63,766 bases of DNA, filler included, from Octopus bimaculoides (GCF_001194135.2; 4 parts of 4 records of this genome joined end to end with filler, not necessarily neighbours in it), one strand, 5' to 3'. Shown: positions 23,723 through 38,214, numbered from the whole stretch's first letter. Numbers and translations: made by a program. Notes: a model not told the origin generated them from the letters alone.

Positions 23723-24168
23723 CATATGCACACAGTATATAACGTTTTCTGGCTGCAATAATCAGAAGTAACATTCTTTGAGATTGTGGTTCCCCAGAGA
23801 TCAATTCTACAAACAGATATTCAGTATTTATGGCGCTAATTCTTGTTAATGTTCATCAAAAGGAGGAAAGTTATTGATGAGGGGGTGAGGAAGAGGAGAG
23901 TCTGATATACAATCTATCAGATTGTTTTTCCTTTTTTCCTTTTTTAGATATATACACACATTCTCTTCAAGGGAGAAAAGATATATAAGGGATTCCATGT
24001 GGTGGGGTCAGAGTATAGTTTCTATAGGGAAATTTCCATTTAGTTTTTATTCTTTGATCTATTTAGAGAGGAGGAGTGAGCAAGTGTTTGCATGGAGAGA
24101 GATACAGATGGACAGATAGATAGATAGATAGATGGATGGATGGATGGAAAAATAACATGTATATAGAC

Positions 24169-24556
24169 GCAGGCGTGGCTGTGTGGCAAGAAGTTTGCTT
24201 CCCAACGACATAGTTTCAGGTTCCGTACCACTGCGTGGCACTTTGACAAGTGTCTTCTACTATAGCCTTGGGTTGACCAAAGCCTTGTGAGTGGATTTGG
24301 TAGACAGAAACTAAAAGAAGCCTGTCATATATATATATATATATATACATATATATATTTATGTATATGTATGTATTTGTGTGTCTGTGTTTGTACCTCC
24401 GACATCACTTGACAACCAATGTTGGTGTGTTTATGTCCCCATAACTTAGTGGTTCAGCACAAAAGAGACCGATAGAATAAGTACTAGGCTTATGAAGAAT
24501 AAGTCCTGGGGTCAATTTGTTTGACTAAAGGTGGTGCTCCAGCATGGCCACAGTAA
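24169..24556 (+). mobile_element. SINE family A, complete copy, followed by (GATA)n to 24667
   Basis: Colinear with 3353-3726. Confidence 0.9.
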
Positions 24557-24613
24557 AAGATGTATATAGATAGAAAGACTGACTGATAGGTAGATAGATA
24601 GATAAATAGGCAC

Positions 24614-24668
<55 letters not shown>

Positions 24669-25939
24669 TTTAATAGATAGAAAAATGATAGGAATCTTTT
24701 ATCTCTTACTTGTTCCAGTTATTAGACTGTGGCCATGCTGGGGCCCCATCTTGAAGAATTTTAAGGCAAATGAATCAACCCCCTGTACTCCAGTAATTAT
24801 TATTTTTCTAATGCCTGGTACCTATCCTATCAGCCTTTTTTTGCCAAACTGCAAAGTAATGGGAGCATAAACACACTAACATAAAGACACACACATATAT
24901 GAGATAAATAAAGTTTCTAGTATATTCTATTTTCTGTATTCATTGTTTCTTTTATATATATAAAAGGATAAAATTGTTAAAATTTTTATCAGTGGCCAGC
25001 ATATAAAAAAAAAATAGACCTATTAAGGTGAAATTATAAATACAATTATAATTAAGGACATAGAAAAATTCTTGCCAATATGCAGAAAGGAGAAGCTAAA
25101 TCGTTGAACCACATTAAATATCATCATTATTATTGTTATTATTATTATTTCGACGCATGTGTAATAATAATGAAGATATTTAATGTGGTTCAATGATATA
25201 GTGTCTCCTTTCAGCATATAGGCAAGAATTTTTTTCTATACTCTTTATCATAATTATATATATATACACAATGGGCTTTCAGTTTCTGTCAACCAAATCC
25301 ACTCACAAGGCTTTGGTTGACCTGAAGCTATACTAAAAAAAACAAAAACAGATGCCCAAGGTGCCACACACCAGGACTGAACCCGGAACCATATCGTCGG
25401 GAAGCAAGCTTCCTACCACACAGCCACGACTGTATGTAGATAGACAGACAGATACATAAATGGGTAGACGCACGCATGCGTAAAGAGACAGAAAAGATAT
25501 GAATATAAATATGTACATAAGTAAACTGATATTGAGGTATTAACAGAGATAGCCATACAGATAGAAGGAGAAAGAGATAGATAGATGTGTGAATTTATAT
25601 TGTATCTTACTTAGTAGCCCTGTAAATATGGAGATCACAAAATATCAAGGGAGACAAGCAAACGCCCACATAGATACAACAGTTATATATGAACATACCT
25701 GAATATGTCAGGACACCCACATGAATGTCGAAATCGAATTTTTATGAGTGAAGCTGGGACTATCTGGAGCCCAAACACCTATATACATGTCCAGCTTGTT
25801 ATTTATCCCATATGGGGGTGGTTCGGAAATGTCACATCAATGCTCATGTGCGAATATTCATTCGCCATTACATAACATATACACGTACATGTATGTATAA
25901 TTATTATACATATAATGCGTCTGCGAGTATAAATGTGCA

Positions 25940-25982
<43 letters not shown>

Positions 25983-27289
25983 NNNNNNNNNNACACACAC
26001 ACATACACCCATACATACAAATAACTTAACTATATGTGGGCGTATGTATGTATGTATGTATGTATCTATATGTGTGTGTGTATATACATGCTCAAATAGC
26101 TATGCATGGGTATATATATATATACACATACATATATATATATACACACACATGCACAAATAACTATACATGGATATATATATATATATATATANNNNNN
26201 NNNNNNNNNNNNNNNNNNNNNNNNNNNNNNNNNNNNNNNNNNNNNNNNNNNNNNNNNNNNNNNNNNNNNNNNNNNNNNNNNNNNNNNNNNNNNNNNNNNN
26301 NNNNNNNNNNNNNNNNNNNNNNNNNNNNNNNNNNNNNNNNNNNNNNNNNNNNNNNNNNNNNNNNNNNNNNNNNNNNNNNNNNNNNNNNNNNNNNNNNNNN
26401 NNNNNNNNNNNNNNNNNNNNNNNNNNNNNNNNNNNNNNNNNNNNNNNNNNNNNNNNNNNNNNNNNNNNNNNNNNNNNNNNNNNNNNNNNNNNNNNNNNNN
26501 NNNNNNNNNNNNNNNNNNNNNNNNNNNNNNNNNNNNNNNNNNNNNNNNNNNNNNNNNNNNNNNNNNNNNNNNNNNNNNNNNNNNNNNNNNNNNNNNNNNN
26601 NNNNNNNNNNNNNNNNNNNNNNNNNNNNNNNNNNNNNNNNNNNNNNNNNNNNNNNNNNNNNNNNNNNNNNNNNNNNNNNNNNNNNNNNNNNNNNNNNNNN
26701 NNNNNNNNNNNNNNNNNNNNNNNNNNNNNNNNNNNNNNNNNNNNNNNNNNNNNNNNNNNNNNNNNNNNNNNNNNNNNNNNNNNNNNNNNNNNNNNNNNNN
26801 NNNNNNNNNNNNNNNNNNNNNNNNNNNNNNNNNNNNNNNNNNNNNNNNNNNNNNNNNNNNNNNNNNNNNNNNNNNNNNNNNNNNNNNNNNNNCTTCTTGA
26901 AAATTTGCTTCTTTATTAAAACATGCTTCCAACTTGAAATCCTTATTAAAATATGCTTCCAATTTAGCATTCTGCCTTATTCTTCATTTTCCTATTATTT
27001 CTCCATGTGCGGTTAACACAACCCCACTATTTACTGACTTATATATATATATATTTATATATACACACATGGACAAATAACTACACATGGATATATATGT
27101 ATGTATGTATGTATGTATGTGCAAGCATAGCTTAGTTAAGAAGTTTACTTTGTAACCCTGCATTTTCAGGTTCAATTACACTGAATTGCCATGGCCAAGT
27201 GTTTTCCTTGATAGCAAGGAAGAAAATAGGGTGTCAGAAGGAGGGGGGGAGGTCTATGCCAGTGCAGTTTTCTCTCTTGCTCAGTACAT

Positions 27290-28015
27290 CTAATTCCTTT
27301 TTATGCCCAGTTTTTCCTCTCAGCACATTTATGTGATGCTTGTGCACACTTACATTGGACATCCATCAGAACATGCTCACTTTATTCCTTTCCAGCCTTT
27401 CCATGTTCTCTACATTCAAGACCCATGTCTTCCTACCATGCAGCATTGCAGTTCTGACACAAGCATCAAACAATCTGCCCTTTACTCTGTGGGGAAATGT
27501 GGGTGAGGTGCCCATTCATGGTCATGCAATATGTAATATGTACAGCTACAGTATCTCCAGCACTCATTTTCACCCCAGTGGACAGATCTTCTCAAGGACC
27601 GTGTATCACCAGACATCTCTGTCTTTTGACCTCTCCACGAAGCTCAGAGTCCTGAGGTCAGCTTTCACCACTTTGTCCCATATCTTCCTGCATCTCCTTC
27701 AACCACCAGCTCCAGCTATGTCTAGTGATCAGCATTTCTTGACACAGCAGCCTTCCTCCATACATATCACATGTCCACCACCATGCAGTCTTCGTTCTTG
27801 TACAATGAATCTGATTCCTTTTATGCCCAGTTTTTTCTCTCAGCACATTTATACTCTGTTATTTACATACACTTACATTGCACATCCATCAGAGCATGCT
27901 TACTTCATTCCGTTCCAACCTTTCCATGTCCTCTACAGTCAAGACCCACGTCTTCCTACCATGCAGCATTACAGTTCTAACACAAGCATCAAACAATCTG
28001 TACTTCACTTTATGG
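27290..28015 (-). mobile_element. RTE RT C-terminal fragments, partly tandem duplicated (27290-27490 similar to 27810-28015)
   Basis: Frameshifted LREKLGIR..QE..L.W.GHV..KTWDKVVK motifs. Confidence 0.7.
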
Positions 28016-28155
28016 GGAAAAAACCACATTAGTAGCTCCTTAATCTTTCTCCAACTCATATGAAAACGTTTTTAATTACACTTTTAAAAAGTCAAACCAA
28101 TGCAAGTAATAAAAAATTAATAATACAGCTTCATAGTTAGGTCTTATTTCCTGGT

Positions 28156-28195
28156 ATTTCAATATTTCAGGATTAGGACTCCTTCTTCAGGAAAT
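28156..28195 (-). ncRNA. Minimal hammerhead-ribozyme motif, intact core
   Basis: ATTTC-CTGAAGA-AGGA GTCCTAA TCCT-GAAA-TAT-T-GAAAT: perfect 5-bp stem I, 4-bp stem II, loopless palindromic stem III (ATAT), AUU site. Confidence 0.65.
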
Positions 28196-28241
28196 CTTGG
28201 GAGAAATGATGCTGTATGCTCACAACACCATTTCTCTGACA

Positions 28242-28282
28242 ATTTCCTGAAGAAGGGTCCTTATCCTCAAAATATTCGAAAT
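28242..28282 (+). ncRNA. Second, inverted hammerhead-like copy (GAAA mutated to AAAA)
   Basis: ATTTC-CTGAAGA-AGGGTCCTTATCCTC-AAAA-TATTC-GAAAT, homologous to the minus copy at 28156-28195. Confidence 0.5.
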
Positions 28283-28355
28283 ACAAGGTTAAAAATACTA
28301 ATCATCATCCAGTAATATTTCCTATAACTTGCCCTTATAAGAAAAATTGAAAACA

Positions 28356-28397
<42 letters not shown>

Positions 28398-29600
28398 NNN
28401 NNNNNNNNNNNNNNNNNNNNNNNNNNNNNNNNNNNNNNNNNNNNNNNNNNNNNNNNNNNNNNNNNNNNNNNNNNNNNNNNNNNNNNNNNNNNNNNNNNNN
28501 NNNNNNNNNNNNNNNNNNNNNNNNNNNNNNNNNNNNNNNNNNNNNNNNNNNNNNNNNNNNNNNNNNNNNNNNNNNNNNNNNNNNNNNNNNNNNNNNNNNN
28601 NNNNNNNNNNNNNNNNNNNNNNNNNNNNNNNNNNNNNNNNNNNNNNNNNNNNNNNNNNNNNNNNNNNNNNNNNNNNNNNNNNNNNNNNNNNNNNNNNNNN
28701 NNNNNNNNNNNNACACACATATGCACATGTATGTGCGTGTGTGTAGAGTGTTTGAAGTAGTGTACAAATTTTATTGATTAAGAAAAGGGAGGTAATTAGA
28801 ATTTTGGATAATTATCTATTTTATGCTTTCATCTCATTCTTGACGATTCTCTGAAACAAGATGAAAGTGCCAAATAACTAATTATCCAAAATTCTGACTA
28901 CCTCCTTTTCCTTAATGTGGACGCATGTGTGTGCTCACATGCATGCACACACAGGCAAAGCTTTGCGTGGTTAAATATAAGAGTCATACAAGTGGTGGTC
29001 ATGCATTTGCAATCTTCCATGAAAACATGCTTGGCCATTGAGCTGTTCGTGTTCGAAGAACTCGCAACAGGAAGAGTATCTGGCCACAGAAAACTTGCTT
29101 CACAAGCATGGGAAAGTGGATGTTAAAATGATAATGATGATGATAGTGTGTGTGTGTTTGTGTATGGCATATATACACATAAAGATATAGACTCATTTAC
29201 ATACAGCCATATTTACATTCACATGCAGCTATACAACTTCACGCATACTCACACATGTATATCGGATATACTTGCAAACATACACAACTGCATGCATACA
29301 TACATACAAATACATGTGTGTATGCACAATAAGATACAGACATGCATATGTAGTCATATACACACTGACACAGTTCTAAACACACACACACACACAAGTG
29401 TCACCATGGAAACGTATTACATCATCTCCTCCTCCACTATTCTAATATAAAACACCCTCTTACCCTCTCACATCACTTCTTGATTTACAGACATCACACA
29501 GATATTTTACATATATATACATATATACACACACACACACACACTCACTTTCATATATGTATTTTATTTGATATATAAATACACACAAATGTACCCACAC

Positions 29601-29651
<51 letters not shown>

Positions 29652-29684
29652 CTTAAATATGTATATGTATACATATACCCTTAA

Positions 29685-29720
<36 letters not shown>

Positions 29721-31639
29721 GGATGTATGTATTCAAATATCTATGCAAGCATAGATATACATTGACAGTATATTCATAAATACACACACACACACACACA
29801 CACATACATACATATCTTCACCAAGCTTACTGACCCCTAATTTAAGGCTGACATTTTTTTTATGTCCTTTATATGGTGATGGTGGCCGCAGCAGCAACAG
29901 TGGTGGTGACAGAATTGTGAAGGTGTTAGTGGCAGCAACAGCAGTAGTAATAATAGTAGTAGTGGTAGTGGTGGTGGTAGTGAGAGTAGTGGGAGATGCT
30001 GTATATAAATGGGGGTGTCAATTTAGGGAGCAGTTCTCAGTAATACAACTATTTTATGATAATAGGCAATTTACGAAGGAAAAGAGATGAGGGGGGGGAA
30101 GACCNNNNNNNNNNNNNNNNNNNNNNNNNNNNNNNNNNNNNNNNNNNNNNNNNNNNNNNNNNNNNNNNNNNNNNNNNNNNNNNNNNNNNNNNNNNNNNNN
30201 NNNNNNNNNNNNNNNNNNNNNNNNNNNNNNNNNNNNNNNNNNNNNNNNNNNNNNNNNNNNNNNNNNNNNNNNNNNNNNNNNNNNNNNNNNNNNNNNNNNN
30301 NNNNNNNNNNNNNNNNNNNNNNNNNNNNNNNNNNNNNNNNNNNNNNNNNNNNNNNNNNNNNNNNNNNNNNNNNNNNNNNNNNNNNNNNNNNNNNNNNNNN
30401 NNNNNNNNNNNNNNNNNNNNNNNNNNNNNNNNNNNNNNNNNNNNNNNNNNNNNNNNNNNNNNNNNNNNNNNNNNNNNNNNNNNNNNNNNNNNNNNNNNNN
30501 NNNNNNNNNNNNNNNNNNNNNNNNNNNNNNNNNNNNNNNNNNNNNNNNNNNNNNNNNNNNNNNNNNNNNNNNNNNNNNNNNNNNNNNNNNNNNNNNNNNN
30601 NNNNNNNNNNNNNNNNNNNNNNNNNNNNNNNNNNNNNNNNNNNNNNNNNNNNNNNNNNNNNNNNNNNNNNNNNNNNNNNNNNNNNNNNNNNNNNNNNNNN
30701 NNNNNNNNNNNNNNNNNNNNNNNNNNNNNNNNNNNNNNNNNNNNNAGCCGATTCCAAGTTGATATTGGATGGAGTGCCTTTCTTCCAATGTGTGTGTGTG
30801 TGTGTGTGCGTGGTCATAATTAATATATTCAAGAGTGTGTGATATAGTTTATAGCATAATAACACAGGGATTAGTGTTATGACAAAGTGATTGGCCTCAA
30901 TTACTGTCATTGAAAGGAATTTATTATTCCAAAAGATGAGGCTGCAGAATCAAAGTATTAAGGGTTCATTTCTGCTAATGTAGCAATGATTTAAGGAGTG
31001 CAGGGTAGGGGCCCTCACTCCTGTTTTTTTTTTGTTTGTTCGTTTATTTATTTATTTTTTTGCTATGTGTGATATTGGTGTTATTGTATGTTTCAGTGAT
31101 TAACTTCTTGTAGAATGATATCGTAATTATTCAGTGCAATATCATTCTGGTATTATCTACAAATTGACGATTTTCGGAAAATTAACAATTATCAATTAAC
31201 GTTCAATAATATCTATAGTAAAAAGACAAAACACAAAAAAGAAAACAAAAAAAATAATAATTCTGTCATTTGCACATAAACACAACTTTTAATAGTCAAT
31301 GATATCAACATGAAAGGAAATGTTGACCTCATTGGGATTTGAACTCAGAACAGCTCTAACCAAATATAGTGATGCAGATATTTTGTCCAGCATTAACTAT
31401 GCTGCCAATCTTCCAGGTGCCTTTCCTGTCACTAACCTTCACCTGTTTCTAAGTAAGGGTGATATTTCTCCATGGTCAGATATGTTTCCATGGAAGACGG
31501 GAAACGAAAGACACTGCATGGGTAACAGAGACACACCCCATGAAATCAAAGCAAGGAAACAGTAATACATACACGCTTGCCTGTACACATACATATATAC
31601 ACATATATACACATATATACACATATGCTCCACCTGTAC

Positions 31640-32066
31640 CAGTGAAGCACTAAGAGCACCGTCCGAGCGCGATCGTTGCCAGAGCAGTTGTCTGGCTTCC
31701 GTGCTGGTGGCACGTAAATAGCACCAGCGTGATCGTTACCAGCATCGCCTTCCTGGCACTTGTGCCAGTGGTACATGAAAAGACATTCAAGCGAGATCGT
31801 TGCCAGTGCCGATCGACTGGCTCCTGTGCAGGTAACACATAAAATACACCATTTCGAGCGTGGCCGTCGCCAGTACCCGCCTGACTGGCCCTTGTGCCGG
31901 TGGCACGTAAAAGCACCCACTACACTCTCGGAGTGGTTGGCGTTAGGAAGGGCATCCAGCTGTAGAAACTCTGCCAGATCAGATTGGAACTTGGTGTCAC
32001 CTCCTGGTCCACCAGTCCTCAGTCAAATCGTCCAACCCATGCTAGCATGGAAAGCGGACGTTAAAC

Positions 32067-32097
<31 letters not shown>
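31640..32097 (+). mobile_element. RTE 3' UTR with internal ~60-bp repeats and (GAT)n tail (a shorter copy at 32803-32942)
   Basis: Matches 49216-49608. Confidence 0.85.
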
Positions 32098-34200
32098 CAA
32101 GGTGTTGCAGGGTGTTCGAGTTAAATTTGATGATTTTTTTTTTCTGTCTCCTTCTTTTCAGAAACAGTCAACAATGTCAGGGAGCATAAAAGATAGAAGT
32201 TCTAGTTGAGAAAAAAGTTAGTTGACATGGTGGACTGGAAGCCATCAGAATATTGGAAAATAAATATCATAATGATTCATGCCAGGTATTAAAATGCCAA
32301 CATCATGACTACTGCTCAATGCTCTGAGAACACTGAAGAGGCTGTAAGATGTGACATGATGGGTAGCTGCAATGGAGACTACGAAACCATGGCCAGCAGG
32401 AAGGAATACAGTAGGCATTCTGAATGAGTCTGCAGGTTAGAATCCATCTCCATATCTTTGAACAGGGCCTTAAACTCAATTTAGATGACAATATGAGGTG
32501 TTCAGGCTAAATTTGTCAGTTTGCATGAAAGGAGAAAAAAAAACAAAACAAAAAAACACAATATCCATACCGGTTGAACTCACATCGTGGCAGAAGGCAC
32601 AAAGAAGGGCAGCTCTGTCCAACTTGCTAATTCCCCAAAGCAGTACAGAAAAGAAATCCAGCTACATTAAAAAGCGGTGCTCTAGCATGGCCTTAGCCTC
32701 TGGCTGAAACCAGCAAAGTATAAAAGATAAAAGATATATAGTATGTATACATATATATATATATATATACATACATGCATACATATATATGTATGTATGT
32801 ATGTAAAAGCACCCACTACACTCTTGGAGTGGTTGGCACTAGGAAGGGCATCCAGCTGTAGAAACTCTGCCAAATCAGATTGGAGCCTGGTGTAGCCATC
32901 TGGTTCTCCAGCCCTCAGTTAAACGATGATGATGATGATGATATGTATGTATGTATGTATGTATGTATACACACACACAGATATATATTATAAAACTACA
33001 ATGTTTAATATATCCCTTCGTTTTTCTAAGACTTTAGAGCAATAGGCTANNNNNNNNNNNNNNNNNNNNNNNNNNNNNNNNNNNNNNNNNNNNNNNNNNN
33101 NNNNNNNNNNNNNNNNNNNNNNNNNNNNNNNNNNNNNNNNNNNNNNNNNNNNNNNNNNNNNNNNNNNNNNNNNNNNNNNNNNNNNNNNNNNNNNNNNNNN
33201 NNNNNNNNNNNNNNNNNNNNNNNNNNNNNNNNNNNNNNNNNNNNNNNNNNNNNNNNNNNNNNNNNNNNNNNNNNNNNNNNNNNNNNNNNNNNNNNNNNNN
33301 NNNNNNNNNNNNNNNNNNNNNNNNNNNNTTCCCCCTCGACGGAAAAACAATTTGTTTTTCCTGTCCATGTAGATATCTGTCTTAATCTTTTAACAACAAA
33401 CACTTAGAAAGCATCATACTTGACTGTTTTTGGCTGGCTTAGCTTTCAGCAAATTTCTCTTATTTACACAGTTGAGAAGAGAAAGATGTGGAGTATTTAT
33501 TAAAAAAAAACCCAGTTGAAGTGACAGTAAAGGGTGGACTGCTTGCATTTTTTTTTAGTATTTATTTATATATTTATTTATTTATCTTTTTCCATTGATG
33601 CCAAAAACTCAGTGAACTGCACTGGCAAATGAAATACTAAGAAATGAAGCTTGCATATGCGCACTGTGTGTAAGTGTTAAGTGCTTGTATGTGTGTGAGT
33701 GTGTGTTTCTTCAGGAAACAACACTGAAAGTAGGAAAGGATAAGAATTGAAACAAACGGGGAAAAAAAAATAGCATAAAAAAAATAAAAAATAAAAACCC
33801 AACAACCCTACCATGACCACCCTCACCCAATGGATACTGAATGACATTTGGGGAAGAATAAAATAAAATAAAATAAAATAGGAAGATTCTAATGGAATTT
33901 GTGAGAGAAATCTGGAAAAAGTTGTTCAGCGGAAAGATTTTCGGAAAACTTTGTAACATTCAGATGCAAGAATGGCTGTGTGGTAAGAAGCTTGCTTCCC
34001 AACCACATGGTTCCAGGTTCAGTCCCACTGCATGGCACCATAGGCAAATAAATGTCTTCTACTATAACCTCAGGCTGACCAAAGTCTTGTGAGTGGATTC
34101 GGTAGACAGAAACTGAGAGAAGCCTTGTATATATGAGTGTATATAAATCTATCTATATAATTGCTAGAAATAAGAGCAAAAGAGACCGATAGAATAAGTA

Positions 34201-34950
34201 TTGGGTCATCCCATAAATAATATGGCTTTTTTCAATTGTATGAACTAAAAGCTGGAGGGGGACAGGATAAACTACCTGCATCAACTTGCTATAAAAAGCA
34301 GGTAGTAATTTTACCTTCTTATTCTTAGCGCAAGTTTTGAAGAGTGCAGTTCAATTTTAACAGATTTTCAAAGCTATAGTAGAAGTGACAAAGGAGCATA
34401 TTCAGTATATTTTGCTTTATGAGTTCAATAAAGGCAACAATGCAACGGAAAGTGCAAAGAATATTAATGCAGTATATGGGGATTGGACAATAAGCATAAG
34501 CCAGTGTCAACAGTAGTTCCAGAAATTCCAAGGTGGAAACTACAGCCTAGAAGACAAGCCTCATCCTGGAAGATCTGTAGAGTTCAATGAGGATGCCTTG
34601 CACACCCTGGTGGAACAAAATCTCATTGTAACTGTTGAGGAACTAGCAAAGAGGCTTGGATTTGTTCGTTCAACCATTCATCGACACTTGCATGCCATCA
34701 GAAAAGTCAGCAAATTGACTCAATGGGTTCCTCACAAACTTTGAGTCTAATCGCACGCTGAGAGTGAATGTGTGCTCTTCTTTGCTGTCACGTCTCACAA
34801 ATGAACCTTTTTGGACCGAATAGTGACTGGTGATGAGAAATAGGTTCTCTATTAAAATGTCAAGCACTGAAGACAGTGGGTAGGGAAAGGAAAAACACTG
34901 GCACCCCAGGCTAAAGAAGGTCTTCATCCACATAAGGTATTCTTATCTGT
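34201..34950 (+). mobile_element. Mariner transposon, 5' half, inserted at a TA inside a SINE A copy (about 33970-34200)
   Basis: TA|TTGGGTCATCCCATAAATAA end; EHIQYILLYEF, LEDKPHPGR, WVPHKL, RIVTGDEK, GLHPHK with stops. Confidence 0.85.
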
Positions 34951-36037
34951 TTCACTGACAAAATTTCATGCTGCACGAAATTTTGTCAGTGAACAGGTTG
35001 TGGTTTCAAAGCAATGAAAATATTTTGACACAAATTAAATTTAAATGCTTAATTGAATCAATAGTCATAAGATGGATCTTACTGCAAGGACCTAAACTTG
35101 GGTATCCTATCACTCACTCTGACAATCTCAGTCACTTTAATCATTTTGTAGCTAATACAATACCTACTCCACCCATTCCATTACCGACCCAGGAAACGAA
35201 GTTATCCACTATGGTGCTAGCCTTATTCATGACTGCCTTATATGTAAGTGATCTGTGTTACTGACTGGGGAAGGAAGCTAGGTACATCTTCTCTGAAGAG
35301 TAGTAAGCAAACTTCGAAATAGTCCTTCAGGAGACTCCCACACTCTTTACTTCCGCATGTCAGTAACAGAAAAAGAATATGCTTACATTGTTGTTTCACC
35401 CACAGTGGGGCTTTGTAACGTGTAAAATTCATATCAGTTCTTCCAATATACACAGTGTTATCGTGGTGCATAGAGGAGGAGGAGACACAAAATGGAGAAA
35501 CAGCTTTTGCTTCACTTCCGACATTTGTCAAGTTATTGTGATGAAGCAAACAGTCAACATACATATGTTTGTATGTATGCATGAGTGTGTGTGTATGTGC
35601 ACACATATATATATATATATATGCACACAAAAATACACACATAGTTACATACACACACAAAAAAACATGTCTATATATATATATATATATACACATACAC
35701 ACACACACACTCAGTTACATACATGCACAGGAAAACACATATGTCCATATATATAAATATATTATGTATGTATATATATACATACACACACACTCAGTTA
35801 CATACATGCACACAAAAACACTTATGTCCATATATATATATATATATATANNNNNNNNNNNNNNNNNNNNNNNNNNNNNNNNNNNNNNNNNNNNTTAATT
35901 AATTAANNNNNNNNNNNNNNNNNNNNNNNNNNNNNNNNNNNNNNNNNNNNTATATATATATATATATATATATCAGCAATGTAACTACACATGTGCTGTT
36001 GGTGATTTCTTTTTCTTCTTTGGACTTTTTCCTTTCT

Positions 36038-36074
36038 CCTTTCTGATGAAGAGCTATGCTTAAAATGTCAAAAC
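36038..36074 (+). ncRNA. Degenerate hammerhead-like motif, same repeat family as 10771-10807
   Basis: CCTTT-CTGATGA-AGAGC TAT GCTT-AAAAT-GTC-AAAAC; canonical CUGAUGA, but CGAAACG has decayed at its CpGs. Confidence 0.45.
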
Positions 36075-36312
36075 CTCTCTCTTTTCACTGAGCATCAAAC
36101 TAATACATTCCTTGTGCACATCCTCTTGTCTGTTATAATTAATTTTATTGTTTATCATCTGATTTGACTACACACATATCTATTTCTATAAAAGAGAGTT
36201 TGTATGTGAGTGTGTGTGTGTGCATATGTATATATGTATATATATAATACATATACATACATATGTATAAACATACAGAAACACACACATATACTTTTAT
36301 ATATATACATAC

Positions 36313-36375
<63 letters not shown>

Positions 36376-36456
36376 CATATATACTTACATATGTATATAC
36401 ACATAATATATACATACATACATAATTTATGTATATACACATACATAATATATATA

Positions 36457-36673
36457 CTTTTACTCTTTTACTTGTTTCAGTCATTTGACTGCAGCCATGC
36501 TGGGGCACCGTCTTTAGTTGAGCAAATCGACCCCAGGACTTATTCTTTGTAAGCCTAGTACTTATTCTATCGGACTCTTTTTGCCGCTAAGTTACGGGGG
36601 CGTAAACACACCAGCATTGGTTGTTAAACGAAGTTGGGGGGACAAACACAGGCACACGAACATATACACACAC

Positions 36674-36714
<41 letters not shown>

Positions 36715-37772
36715 GCGTGAGAGAGTTAGGGTTTGGGGGTACAACCCACTAAGGGATAGTATCTATCCAGTATACTGCTGGGAGGGTACCCAATTATTGC
36801 TACATTAGTGCTATACTAGGTGCAATCAATGGGAGCGGGTAAAAGTGGAGGTTTTACCCAAAATTTGTGTAACAATTAGAAAATGGAGGATAATATGCTG
36901 AACCCAACTACTTGCAGACGGTGTATCCCGTTGAATTCATTAATTTAATTCATAGCAAAAGTGACAAAGGAAAGGAAGAAAAGAAAAAGAAAGGANNNNN
37001 NNNNNNNNNNNNNNNNNNNNNNNNNNNNNNNNNNNNNNNNNNNNNNNNNNNNNNNNNNNNNNNNNNNNNNNNNNNNNNNNNNNNNNNNNNNNNNNNNNNN
37101 NNNNNNNNNNNNNNNNNNNNNNNNNNNNNNNNNNNNNNNNNNNNNNNNNNNNNNNNNNNNNNNNNNNNNNNNNNNNNNNNNNNNNNNNNNNNNNNNNNNN
37201 NNNNNNNNNNNNNNNNNNNNNNNNNNNNNNNNNNNNNNNNNNNNNNNNNNNNNNNNNNNNNNNNNNNNNNNNNNNNNNNNNNNNNNNNNNNNNNNNNNNN
37301 NNNNNNNNNNNNNNNNNNNNNNNNNNNNNNNNNNNNNNNNNNNNNNNNNNNNNNNNNNNNNNNNNNNNNNNNNNNNNNNNNNNNNNNNNNNNNNNNNNNN
37401 NNNNNNNNNNNNNNNNNNNNNNNNNNNNNNNNNNNNNNNNNNNNNNNNNNNNNNNNNNNNNNNNNNNNNNNNNNNNNNNNNNNNNNNNNNNNNNNNNNNN
37501 NNNNNNNNNNNNNNNNNNNNNNNNNNNNNNNNNNNNNNNNNNNNNNNNNNNNNNNNNNNNNNNNNNNNNNNNNNNNNNNNATATATATATATATATATAT
37601 ATATATATACGACAGGCTTCTTTCAGTTTCTGTGTACCAAATCCACTCACAAGGATTTGGTCGGCCTGAGGCTATAGTAGAAGACACTTGCCCAAGGTGC
37701 CACGCAGTGGGACTGAACCCGGAACCATGTCCTTGGTAAGCAAGCTACTTACCACACAGCCACTCCTGCGTC
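36457..37772 (-). mobile_element. SINE family A halves (36457-36690 and 37609-37772) separated by microsatellite, unknown insert and gap
   Basis: Both halves match the family A consensus in the same orientation. Confidence 0.7.
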
Positions 37773-38214
37773 TATGTATATGTATATATATATATTTAAT
37801 TAATGAATTCAATAATGGGATAAAAATCTTTTACAAGAATTTTATCAGGAAGCTAGTGTGTAAAAATTCATAAGCGAAAAAAAACCCCATCGTTTTTTTA
37901 TTCCCAAGAATATAATTATTCATTTACATTTATATAAGGGCATTACTACAGAATAATGTCACACACTAGACTTCCCAAATAAACACATTTTTTTACTGAA
38001 TGCGAGGAAAAGCAACTCTTAAAAAACCCAACCTTTTTAAAAAAATGAACTCAACTATATATCGAACGATTTCACGATTACCAGAATAAAATCTAGCTTT
38101 CGCTCATCAGTATAGTACGGTACAGACATATAAAAATAAACAAAATCCTCACCTTACCAAAATGAACACCTTATGTATCGGACATAGCAAAAGGAATAAT
38201 GTTTATCCCTATAC

